21,785 nt of DNA from Candidatus Heimdallarchaeota archaeon (lineage in GTDB: Archaea; Asgardarchaeota; Wukongarchaeia; Wukongarchaeales; JBHIFL01): assembly GCA_046761065.1 (NCBI GenBank), contig JBHIFL010000069.1, positions 1 to 21,785 on the forward strand, written 5' to 3'. Made by a program: the position numbers and the translations under genes. A model generated the notes under the pieces. The model did no database searches. It had not been told where the DNA came from and worked only from the letters and a program-made list of their open reading frames with translations. Shown here in pieces: positions 8,968-17,752 of this stretch; positions within the stretch are counted from its first letter, which is position 1; each line of letters opens with the position of its first letter.

Positions 8968-10188
8968 ATGACAGAATACTTTACCAGAAAAAATGAGAAA
9001 AAGGAAGCGCTTAAAGAACTAATTAAGAAATTACATGCAGATGAAAGTCCTCAGGCTGTCAAAAACCAATTTAAAGAAGTGATTAAAGGTACTATGCCTG
9101 ATGAAATCGCTAAAATCGAAGAAGAACTGATTCAGGAAGGTATGCCACGAGAAGAAGTTCAAAGACTCTGCGATATTCATCTTGCTGTATTTCGAGAAAC
9201 TCTTGAAAAAGCAGGCCCAATAGCACCAACAGGGCATCCCATTAACATCCTCATGAAGGAACACAACATGCTTCTCAAATTTGCGAATGACTTAAGAAAT
9301 ACTATAAAGGAGATAGAGGGAATTAAAGGAAATATTTCTGCAAAGGAGCTGATGAACCAAGTGTATTCCATTGTAAATCACTTTAAGGAATCCGAAAGCC
9401 ATTATTTGCGAGAAGAAAACGTTTTATTCCCCTATCTTGAGAAACATGGGATAACACAACCACCAGCTATTATGTGGATGGAGCATGATCAAATAAGAGC
9501 AATCGAGAAAACTCTCTACAGTCTTCTGGATAATCACGAAAATATAGCTTTTCTAGAGTTTGTCGAAAAATTTAGGGAAGGAACGCGAACCTTGGCTGAG
9601 ATGCTTTCGAGTCATTTTTATAAGGAAAATAACATTCTGTTTCCGACTTCTTTAAAGACTATAAGTGAAAATGAATGGATAGAAATTAGACAGCAATTTG
9701 ATGATATTGGCTACTGTTGTTTTACTCCTGAACGACCTGAAATACCTATTGAAACAGTAGAAACTCCACCTTCCAAACTTGAAATTGAGGGCATAGTTCC
9801 GTTTGAAACAGGACAATTATCAGCCGAGGTAGTGGAAGCGATTTTTAATGCCTTGCCTTTGGACATCACTTTTGTTGACAAAGACGACACTGTGCAGTAC
9901 TTCAGCCAATCCAAAGAACGTATTTTTGTGAGAACAAATGCAATAATTGGACGGAAAGTTCAGCAATGTCATCCTGAAAAGAGTATCCATGTGGTTAATC
10001 AGATCTTGGAAGATTTTAAAACGGGTAAAAGGGATTTTGCCGCGTTTTGGATAAATTTTAAGGGAAGAATCATTCATATTCGATATTTTCCTATTTTTAA
10101 CAAAAACGGGGATTATCTGGGCTGTATAGAAGCAACACAAGACATCACTGATATAAAGAAGCTTGAAGGAGAAAAGAGGTTATTGTGA
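8968..10188 (+). CDS. DUF438 + hemerythrin-like + PAS domain protein
   Basis: EEELIQEG..EEVQRLCDIH and GHPI..LMKEH (DUF438), HYLREENVLFPYLE, MWMEHD and HFYKENNILFP (hemerythrin), DITFVD..CHP (PAS). Likely start is ATG 8968; the track uses GTG 8920. Confidence 0.9.
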   Translation: MTEYFTRKNEKKEALKELIKKLHADESPQAVKNQFKEVIKGTMPDEIAKIEEELIQEGMPREEVQRLCDIHLAVFRETLEKAGPIAPTGHPINILMKEHNMLLKFANDLRNTIKEIEGIKGNISAKELMNQVYSIVNHFKESESHYLREENVLFPYLEKHGITQPPAIMWMEHDQIRAIEKTLYSLLDNHENIAFLEFVEKFREGTRTLAEMLSSHFYKENNILFPTSLKTISENEWIEIRQQFDDIGYCCFTPERPEIPIETVETPPSKLEIEGIVPFETGQLSAEVVEAIFNALPLDITFVDKDDTVQYFSQSKERIFVRTNAIIGRKVQQCHPEKSIHVVNQILEDFKTGKRDFAAFWINFKGRIIHIRYFPIFNKNGDYLGCIEATQDITDIKKLEGEKRLL

Positions 10189-10420
10189 GAGCATTGTTGA
10201 TTTACAGATATTGTGCAAGAGCGGAGATTTTAATTTAGGGGTATTTTAGACAATTACCATTTTTTTTCTTTGACCTCATAGGTTAGTTGTTATCTCTTAC
10301 AAACAAGATCTTAATTAATCGCAAAATATTTGTTTCTGTCGCAAGAAACATTTTATTCTTTCAAATGATACAAAGGAGATAAAATCCATCACGATCTTGC
10401 TCTTAGAGGTTGTATTTGAA

Positions 10421-11941
10421 ATGAACCCCTATCAAAAACTTCTGAAAAAGTTTCGTGAGGTTATGTTAATAGACTCGGTGTCAGGAATCTTGCATTGGGA
10501 CCTTGAGACCTACATTCCACCCCGAGGTGTTAAACAGCGAAGTGAACAGCTGGCTCTACTCAGGCAGTTGAGGCACCGATTGATAACGAGTCGTAAGTTA
10601 AGTGAACTCCTCAATCAAGCTGAGAAGTATTCCATCGAAGAGTCTCTTGATGTAACTCAGAAGCGAAATATCTACCTAATTCGCAAAGAACAAGAAGAGG
10701 AAACCAAATTACCGGAGGAACTTGTAGCCAAAATTGCCCAACAACAAGCAATCACCGTTACCGTTTGGAAAAAAGCTAAAGCCGCATGTGATTGGAAGAG
10801 GTTTGAACCTGAACTCGAAAAAATGCTGGAGTTCTCAAAACAGAGGGCGGTGATCCTAAGGGATGTCAAAGATGTAGCCACTCCTTATGACGCTCTTCTT
10901 GATGAGTTTGAACCCAGTATGACTTCTAATCAGATCACTCAGATATTTTCGCAAATGCGAACAAGTCTGATCCCTCTCGTTAACAAGTGTGTCGAGGCTT
11001 CCAAGAACGTGGAAACGAATTTCCTCCACCAAAAGATACCAATTGGTATTCAACAGAAGATTACAACTAACTTAGTTAAATTTATTGGGTACGATATCTC
11101 ATCAAACGAAGCAGGAGGGAGGATTGACGAGACAGAACACCCCTTTACCACAGGTTATTATAATGATGTTAGAATAACACTTCACTATTATGAAGGCAAT
11201 GTAGCGTCTGTTATATTTGCAACCCTTCATGAGGGAGGACATGCCTTGTACGAACAAAATATTAACCCAAATTGGCAATTCCAACCAATTGGTACCGCGA
11301 CAAGTTATGGGATTCATGAATCACAATCTCGATTCATTGAAAATATTGTGGGACGCTCTCGTGACTTTTGGCAGTATTATCTTCCTCATTTGAACGATTT
11401 AACTAGTGGCATATTCGCTAAGGTCAAGTTAGACGATTTTATTCGCGCAATCAATCGGGTTAAGCGCTCTAAAATACGCATTGAAGCAGACGAGGTCACA
11501 TATTCATTACATATTATCATTCGTTTTGAGATTGAACAAGCCCTATTTGCTGATAAGATCACAGTATCGGAACTTCCTGACTTATGGAACAGTAAATATG
11601 ATGAATATCTAGGGGTTAAAATTGAACATGACTCTGAGGGTGTGATGCAAGACACCCATTGGGCCAGTGGGTTATTTGGATACTTCCCAAGCTATGCTCT
11701 CGGCAACATATACGGGGGACAGCTGTTGGCTGCGATGGAAAATGATTTACCTGACTGGCGAAGCCAAATTGCAGCTGGAAACATACAATCTATTAAGCAA
11801 TGGCTGATCGAAAAGGTACATTACAACGCACGGCTATATGACCCAGCAGATCTTATTTACCAGATAACAGGCAAACAGCCAAGTTCCAACCCCTTCTTAA
11901 CATATCTACAAAACAAATACTCCTTACTGTTTGGCTTTTAG
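10421..11941 (+). CDS. Carboxypeptidase M32 (carboxypeptidase Taq family)
   Basis: Motifs HPF, HEGGH (HExxH), HESQSRF, IRIEADEVTY, GVMQDTHW and GYFPSYALG. ATG 10421 follows GAGGT. Confidence 0.95.
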   Translation: MNPYQKLLKKFREVMLIDSVSGILHWDLETYIPPRGVKQRSEQLALLRQLRHRLITSRKLSELLNQAEKYSIEESLDVTQKRNIYLIRKEQEEETKLPEELVAKIAQQQAITVTVWKKAKAACDWKRFEPELEKMLEFSKQRAVILRDVKDVATPYDALLDEFEPSMTSNQITQIFSQMRTSLIPLVNKCVEASKNVETNFLHQKIPIGIQQKITTNLVKFIGYDISSNEAGGRIDETEHPFTTGYYNDVRITLHYYEGNVASVIFATLHEGGHALYEQNINPNWQFQPIGTATSYGIHESQSRFIENIVGRSRDFWQYYLPHLNDLTSGIFAKVKLDDFIRAINRVKRSKIRIEADEVTYSLHIIIRFEIEQALFADKITVSELPDLWNSKYDEYLGVKIEHDSEGVMQDTHWASGLFGYFPSYALGNIYGGQLLAAMENDLPDWRSQIAAGNIQSIKQWLIEKVHYNARLYDPADLIYQITGKQPSSNPFLTYLQNKYSLLFGF

Positions 11942-12013
11942 TGTCTAAACAAAGAATTTAACGTGAAAAGATGGACACTAAGACACGCTGGTGAATAACA
12001 AATCTGGGACAAA

Positions 12014-12480
12014 ATTAAGATAGAACTAACATACCTTGATGTTTTAAGTGAAATAAGCACTCGACTGAAAGACCTGAAAGTAAATTGAGCAGTCACAGGA
12101 AGATTTAGCTTTATACATCAAGGATTAGCAATGGGACCTGTGGATATAGATGTTAAAACTAACGAATCAGGTTTTTATAAAATTGATAGACATTTTTTGA
12201 GTTTGGAACAAAGTTCATGATCTTTTTACTGAGGGAAGATCTGGTCGCATTTTGAGGTGTTGGTGATAGATAGAATAAAAGTAGAGATTATGGGTGATGT
12301 TCAAATACGTCATGAGAATAGAACATAGGAGTCACCGTTGGTTATACAGGCTCGCAAGTGGGTAGTTGAGGTTGATGGAAGGCAAATCTCGGTCCTGCCA
12401 CTAGAAACGAGTATAAGGCGTATTAAAAGTTTTGTAGGTTAGAGAAAAAAGAACTACCGAATAAAGTATTGAATGGCTAG
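12014..12480 (+). pseudogene. Decayed nucleotidyltransferase (TM1012-like DxD family) pseudogene, absent from the ORF track
   Basis: Manual translation: YLDVLSEISTRLKDLKVN*AVTGRFSFIHQGLAMGPVDIDVKT...KIWSHF..LVIDRIKVEIMGDVQ..RT*ESP..VEVDGRQISVLPLE/EYKAY*K..RLEK. Several in-frame stops (12086, 12326 and others) and a frameshift near 12408. Confidence 0.75.
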
Positions 12481-12620
12481 GACTTCCAATAAACTGAAAG
12501 TCGCCTACTTACAACTAAACACCTTCAATGTGTTAAACTTAAATTTTTACTAACTGTGAAACATTTTAATTGCAAGAAGATAAGTACATTTTGCTAAAAA
12601 GAAACATTGAGGGAAAATGA

Positions 12621-12950
12621 TTGTTCGTCAAAGTGTATCGTTACCGTATTCCACCCGAGAAAACCGACAAAGTCCTTGCAATTCAAAGGCGAGTAGATCA
12701 ATTATATAAAAAACATATTCATTATCGTGTAGTCATTTTAAGAAGCAAAAAGGATCCTAATTTATGGCTGGAGATTCACTGGTATCCTAATGAGGAGTCA
12801 TATCGTCATGGAATGGAACTAATCAATGCAGAGCCAATGGTTTGCCAGTTATGGCACGAATTTCAACCAAACTTGGACCCAAATGACTCGACAATCTACG
12901 AAGAGTATTATGAGCAACTTTGGTTTGAGGACAGTCTATCAACCAAGTGA
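12621..12950 (+). CDS. Small dimeric alpha-beta barrel protein (ABM/NIPSNAP/DUF1428-like)
   Basis: Pattern FVKVYRYRI ... RSKKDPNLWLEIHWYPNEESY is typical of Dabb-superfamily proteins. Confidence 0.6.
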   Translation: MFVKVYRYRIPPEKTDKVLAIQRRVDQLYKKHIHYRVVILRSKKDPNLWLEIHWYPNEESYRHGMELINAEPMVCQLWHEFQPNLDPNDSTIYEEYYEQLWFEDSLSTK

Positions 12951-13715
12951 GCATAACTATGGAGCACCTTAAAATCCTAAAGGGTGAACTGTTAAAATGA
13001 TTAAATATACTAACATATTAGATATTCCTATTGTTGCTTTAGATGTTGCTTCAAGACTTGACACTACAGGGAAAATTTGTGATCTCTATAATCGAGCAAG
13101 TTTCCCCCTGACACTGGTACTCCCGAAAAGTGGCCTAATTAAGTCGGAAGTCAAAAGTTACGTTGGGTCGCGACACCTATGGATATCAGCGAACTTGATG
13201 TGTAGTATAAGGAATTAGAGCTAGAAAAATCACTTCTTTTTAGTTAAAATCCCATAATTCATTGAAAATAGATAAAGAACAGACTTAAAGAATAAACCAC
13301 TTTTCGATAAGCAGAGTATTTTATTCAATAAGCTGCAATTATCTACTAGAATTCCATAAAAAGTTATCAGTGTATTTATTTACATATAATTGCGAGAAAA
13401 ATCAATTTGAGAGCAAAGAATCTCAAAATGCGAGATATTATTGAGTAAAATCTTAATGTAGATTAACAAAAGAAAAGGGAATTATGATGTTTCTTACCCT
13501 CGCCAAAGTGAAGGGAAAGAAGGTTAAACCATCTGCCAAGAATGCCCTCGAAATCAGGGGATTGGTGGAAGTCTCACAATAAATGGGATCAGTACCATCC
13601 CCCATAGTTAATTCTTTTATTTTCACAAATATTTTGTGATTACATTCTCGAGTTTACTTCTCCACTTTGTTTTTGGAATATTTCTAAAATTACAATAACT
13701 TTAAGTGTTGTCAAT

Positions 13716-13740
13716 AAAAAAAGATGGGGGGAAAGGGGGT
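13716..13740 (-). terminator. Oligo-T terminator after the large PGF-CTERM gene
   Basis: The minus strand reads ACCCCCTTTCCCCCCATCTTTTTTT immediately after the stop. Confidence 0.45.
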
Positions 13741-16700
13741 TTACCTTCGACGTCGTCTTTTTCGGAACCACAATAGGAAGGGAATCGCTCCGAGTACTGG
13801 AACAGCTTCGAATCCAGGGATCGGACCAGCTTCTGTCTCTGTTTCTGTGATGGTTTTCATTGGTTCTGATACCGGTGGTGATGTTTTGGGGGACGTCTCG
13901 GGGGGTGTCGTTTTCTCTGGGGACGTTGTTGTTTCCTCGGGTCTGATTACGGGAGCTTCCTTCTCAACACCTAGGAAAACCGATGCAACACCAGGTCGAA
14001 GGTTAGCTGATGATGCTTCGAGACCGATCTCATAAAGACCGATGTCCTTGCCTGTTACCTCGAATTTCGCCTCTACCGTCTCACCGGGTGGAATTACCTT
14101 CCAGATAATAGGAATTTCGCCTAATAAGCGGAGTTCTAGAGGGAGTCCAACTGTTAACTTTACCTCTTCTGCTGGTTCAGTACCGGCATTGTAAACGACC
14201 GCATGCAGAACTGCGCTTTCACCAGCTCCGATGTTCGACGGTTCAATAGTTGCTTTCACGCTTAAGCCTGCTCCAACTCGGAGAGTTGGCTCTTTTATCA
14301 GTACTGGTTTTATCTCTTCGCGGAGGACATGGATTTTGATACTCGCAGTTCCCGTCATCCCGTCGCTGTCACTGCCCTTTAATGTGATGACGTGGTCTCC
14401 AGGACCAATCCGTACTACATCAATCGCTGAGCCGTTACCTAGGGCACCGCCTTCAAATTCCCACGTGAATGCAGAATCTGGAAGCTCTCCGTCTTCGATG
14501 TCAAATCCATGACATTTCATTGGGATGATATCACGAGCGCCAAAGGATTGTCCATCTGTAGGAGAATCAATATAGACTTTGGGGGCTTTTCTTGCGACTG
14601 AAAATGGTTTTTCGTTCATGTCTTGTCCAGTATTGAAGCCATCCGTTGCCAGAACACGCACGTACGCGTTCATCCCATCGGAACCTGGAATCTTCGCGGG
14701 ATCAATGAACAGTGAGGTTTGTTTTTGTGAAAGGCCTGTTGCTAGGGGAATCCAGAGGTTGCCGCCATCTGGACTGTATTGGACAGTATATTGTAGCACA
14801 TCACCATCGGGATCTTTGGCAGTCCAACTGATCTCCGCTCTCGCTCTGAGACTCCATATCTCACCGCCTACTGGTTTAAGGACTTGGACCACTGGGGTGT
14901 TCGGGGACATCCTTTTTTCATCCAAAACTTTGCCCCCGACTCTTAGTTGGATCTTCGCTCCCGCTGCTAGTAGCTTCTCATCCATCGGAATGTATCGTGT
15001 AAAATGAATTCGTTCGCGTTCATGCCCGTGAGGGTCGCTGAAGGATCCGAGGAAACTGAGGGAAAGGAGTTCGTTGCCATTAGCATCTAATGCTACAAGC
15101 TCATACTTGATTCCTTCTTGCCTAGATACAGGTGCAATCGTACGCGGTTGAACAATGTCTCCTACTAAGCTCTTGAGCCAGGGGTATTGTTCTAGCTGCG
15201 CGGTAAGCACCTCATAGGTAGGTGTATCCACCATTAGAATAGACTCAATAGCTCCTTCAGGAACTCTCGTAACCCAGCCAGAAACTTGCAATGCTTTTCG
15301 AGTTTCTTTGATGATCGGGATTGGTTGAATCGGCTTGATGATTTGGGTCGCTGAAGAATCACTCACCCCCGCACTCTTGGCCGCAGCTTCAGCTGTAGGC
15401 GCGGGATAAAGGGGAGACCGCTCAAGTTCTGCAAAAAGATGATTCCATCGATAATCACTGACCCATTTGACATAGGGTCCCCCAACGGTTTGGCAGTAAC
15501 TCATGAAATCCGGCTTGTTCGAAGAAACCACTTCTAGGGGCCAAACAGTAACATCTAGACCAATTTCTTGGATGTCATCATTTGTGTAGGGCCAATCAGG
15601 ATCTGGTCCACCGGCCCAGCAGTTGACAGAACCATAGGACGGTCCGGCGTGCCGCCCCCATGTCCCATCCTCGCTTTTGTCGAGGTTATGATTTATTTCA
15701 TGTGCCATTGTGAGTTCTTGAGATGTTCCAATGTACCCTGTCGCGGCAATACCTAACCCGTCCTCCCACCACGTCGGATCGCTAGAGCCACCACCGCTGG
15801 TGTAGTACCCGTAGATTTGGTCGGGGAGCGGAAAGTCTGGTGCTTCGCCGCCACTAAATATAAACGCAATTAACCAAGCAAGAACGAGTTGTCCAGCGAT
15901 CTCGTTGAGTTTAGCCAAACGTTGGTCGTAGTTTCCGGTAAATGGACCTCCTGCTGCCGTCCAATCTAATCGAATAAAATTGATACGGTCTACAGGGTAG
16001 GTCTTCAGCATCGCTTCCTCGTTACTGGTTATGAGCGCATCTGAGACGGTATTTGGAGCAGCTTCGGTACCTGTATTAAAAGGCATCTCGTATACATTGA
16101 GGACCTTCATTGTATGAAATGTGACCGTTACAGTGGGGTCGAGCCAGTTATTGTTGAAATTAGTCTCCATTGTAGCACTTGTGACGAATGCGAGGAGCTC
16201 TAAATGATCCCTATCAACCCACGAGTTAGGTAGTAAGAAATTGGCGGAATGGGTGATTTGATCGCGTTGTGGGGTGGCTGGAGCATTAACTGAGGCCACA
16301 AGAGGTCCGGGAAGGATTGATAAGGTATCAGGATCTCTTGCATAGAGGAACACGTTCGAAGCAATAGGTCCCATCCCAGGGCCAATGTCTAAGAACACTC
16401 GAGCCACCGTTGTTTTCCTTCTCGCAAGCGGAAGCTCATTATCAGGGGTCTGAATCGCTTGGATGACTTCGATCCGATCAATACTTAGATCAGCAGTACC
16501 ACCTGTCGGGGGCGGACCGGCGATCCGGTATGAGAACATATCGGCCCAGTTAAAGAAGGACGGATACCCGCCCGCTCCGCCAGCACCAGTATTATCCATG
16601 TCCCAATAGGCAGCGCTGATGCCTATGGTATCGCCAATCCTTGCGTTAATATCGTGACTACTATCTGTGGAGTCTAAGGGGTGGGCGACTTCAAAGACCC

Positions 16701-17481
16701 AGGTACCTTGGATTGGTTCGATCGGATGGAGCAGTTCTGGTTCTAGAGTGATCGGAGGTAAAAGGGGCGGTTGAGTTATTGGTTGTAGAGGAATCTGCGT
16801 TAGAATCGGCTGAATTGGTTGAATGACTTGGGCAGCTTTACCAGCAGCGGTTGGAGTTGTGGTAAGTGGTAGGAAATTAACCGCTTCTATAGTGTAGAGA
16901 GGCTTTGTAAAGATAAAGGGCGAGTACCATTGCGCATAACCTACACCATCTTGTTTGGAATCCCACGTAGAACCCGAATCGGTAGCAGTTTGATACAAAT
17001 CGCGGAAGGTGTTGCTGGTTCCAAACAAAGCTAGCTGATCGTCACCGTTCTCAAGCATTCCATCATTGTCATTGTCGAAATTGAAATGCGCAAGGTCATT
17101 CTTACTATATTCTTCCCCACGTACGACTAGAGCCATGTACAGGTTAATATAGTCGTTTTTGATGTATAGGGTGGCATTGTGAGACTCTGATCCGTCTGTA
17201 TAATTCAGTAAGAAATCAATTTTCACGGCATCGTCCCATTCACCAGGTACCTCTGTACCGCCATAAGTATAACCGGAAGAAATAGCTCCATCTATTTGCG
17301 GTGTTACTGTGGCAAATGCGCTAGGTGTCGTTTCGAAAGTTATTGGTTTAGGCTTCACGGTAAATTCTGGAGGGAGTGGTGTGATTGGTTGGAAAGTAGT
17401 TATTTGTGCCAAAGCCACATAGGGTGTTATAGATAAACAAAGTAAAAGACCCAGTGAGAGAAGTTGTTTTTTACAAGACAA
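13741..17481 (-). CDS. Large secreted multidomain surface zinc metallopeptidase (metzincin/M66-like) with CBM9/DOMON-like, Ig/FN3/PKD/CARDB-like domains and PGF-CTERM-like anchor
   Basis: Signal peptide (..YVALA); TPQIDG..GEWDDA beta-sandwich start; IEVIQAIQ; HEINH..GRH with DFMSY Met-turn; ISWTAKDPDGD..YSPDGG..W; T/P/E stalk; PIPGF-TM-RKRRRRR. TTG start follows GAGGTG. Confidence 0.8.
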   Translation of the reverse strand: MSCKKQLLSLGLLLCLSITPYVALAQITTFQPITPLPPEFTVKPKPITFETTPSAFATVTPQIDGAISSGYTYGGTEVPGEWDDAVKIDFLLNYTDGSESHNATLYIKNDYINLYMALVVRGEEYSKNDLAHFNFDNDNDGMLENGDDQLALFGTSNTFRDLYQTATDSGSTWDSKQDGVGYAQWYSPFIFTKPLYTIEAVNFLPLTTTPTAAGKAAQVIQPIQPILTQIPLQPITQPPLLPPITLEPELLHPIEPIQGTWVFEVAHPLDSTDSSHDINARIGDTIGISAAYWDMDNTGAGGAGGYPSFFNWADMFSYRIAGPPPTGGTADLSIDRIEVIQAIQTPDNELPLARRKTTVARVFLDIGPGMGPIASNVFLYARDPDTLSILPGPLVASVNAPATPQRDQITHSANFLLPNSWVDRDHLELLAFVTSATMETNFNNNWLDPTVTVTFHTMKVLNVYEMPFNTGTEAAPNTVSDALITSNEEAMLKTYPVDRINFIRLDWTAAGGPFTGNYDQRLAKLNEIAGQLVLAWLIAFIFSGGEAPDFPLPDQIYGYYTSGGGSSDPTWWEDGLGIAATGYIGTSQELTMAHEINHNLDKSEDGTWGRHAGPSYGSVNCWAGGPDPDWPYTNDDIQEIGLDVTVWPLEVVSSNKPDFMSYCQTVGGPYVKWVSDYRWNHLFAELERSPLYPAPTAEAAAKSAGVSDSSATQIIKPIQPIPIIKETRKALQVSGWVTRVPEGAIESILMVDTPTYEVLTAQLEQYPWLKSLVGDIVQPRTIAPVSRQEGIKYELVALDANGNELLSLSFLGSFSDPHGHERERIHFTRYIPMDEKLLAAGAKIQLRVGGKVLDEKRMSPNTPVVQVLKPVGGEIWSLRARAEISWTAKDPDGDVLQYTVQYSPDGGNLWIPLATGLSQKQTSLFIDPAKIPGSDGMNAYVRVLATDGFNTGQDMNEKPFSVARKAPKVYIDSPTDGQSFGARDIIPMKCHGFDIEDGELPDSAFTWEFEGGALGNGSAIDVVRIGPGDHVITLKGSDSDGMTGTASIKIHVLREEIKPVLIKEPTLRVGAGLSVKATIEPSNIGAGESAVLHAVVYNAGTEPAEEVKLTVGLPLELRLLGEIPIIWKVIPPGETVEAKFEVTGKDIGLYEIGLEASSANLRPGVASVFLGVEKEAPVIRPEETTTSPEKTTPPETSPKTSPPVSEPMKTITETETEAGPIPGFEAVPVLGAIPFLLWFRKRRRRR

Positions 17482-17525
17482 ATTTACACCTCAAAAGTTT
17501 TTGTTGGGTAAAAGAAAGAACCTAA

Positions 17526-17539
17526 TATAAAACCTTTTG
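17526..17539 (-). promoter_or_regulatory. Archaeal BRE-TATA promoter of the metallopeptidase gene
   Basis: The minus strand reads CAAAAGG-TTTTATA about 45 nt upstream of the TTG start, leaving room for a short leader that contains GAGGTG. Confidence 0.55.
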
Positions 17540-17752
17540 ATTTAAAATTTTCACACCCAACCCCAAACTCCATAATTCAACCACTATGTTATGAAATGTT
17601 GAGTTAGGGTGAGCTTTGAAGCCGATTATGAATTTTCAATAAAATCAATCAATATCTCAAAAAATTAATTTTTTGATTAATTAAACCTTTTTTTCAAGGG
17701 ATCCGTAAGAAAGATCTGCTCATCACTTTTTAGCAACTCCCGGACTTTTTTT

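Noticed and set aside
12997-13218. 73-aa ORF
   Set aside because: No recognisable motif or homology, so it is not supportable as a gene.
13724-15007. Antisense ORFs (13724, 14231, 14579) and similar shadow ORFs elsewhere, e.g. 1004, 3106, 6659-7402, 18138
   Set aside because: They overlap well-supported genes on the opposite strand or in another frame and lack protein-family features.
17655-17685. AAAAATTAATTTTT and TTAATTAA palindromes
   Set aside because: Low-complexity AT-only sequence expected by chance; more likely part of a T-rich terminator region.
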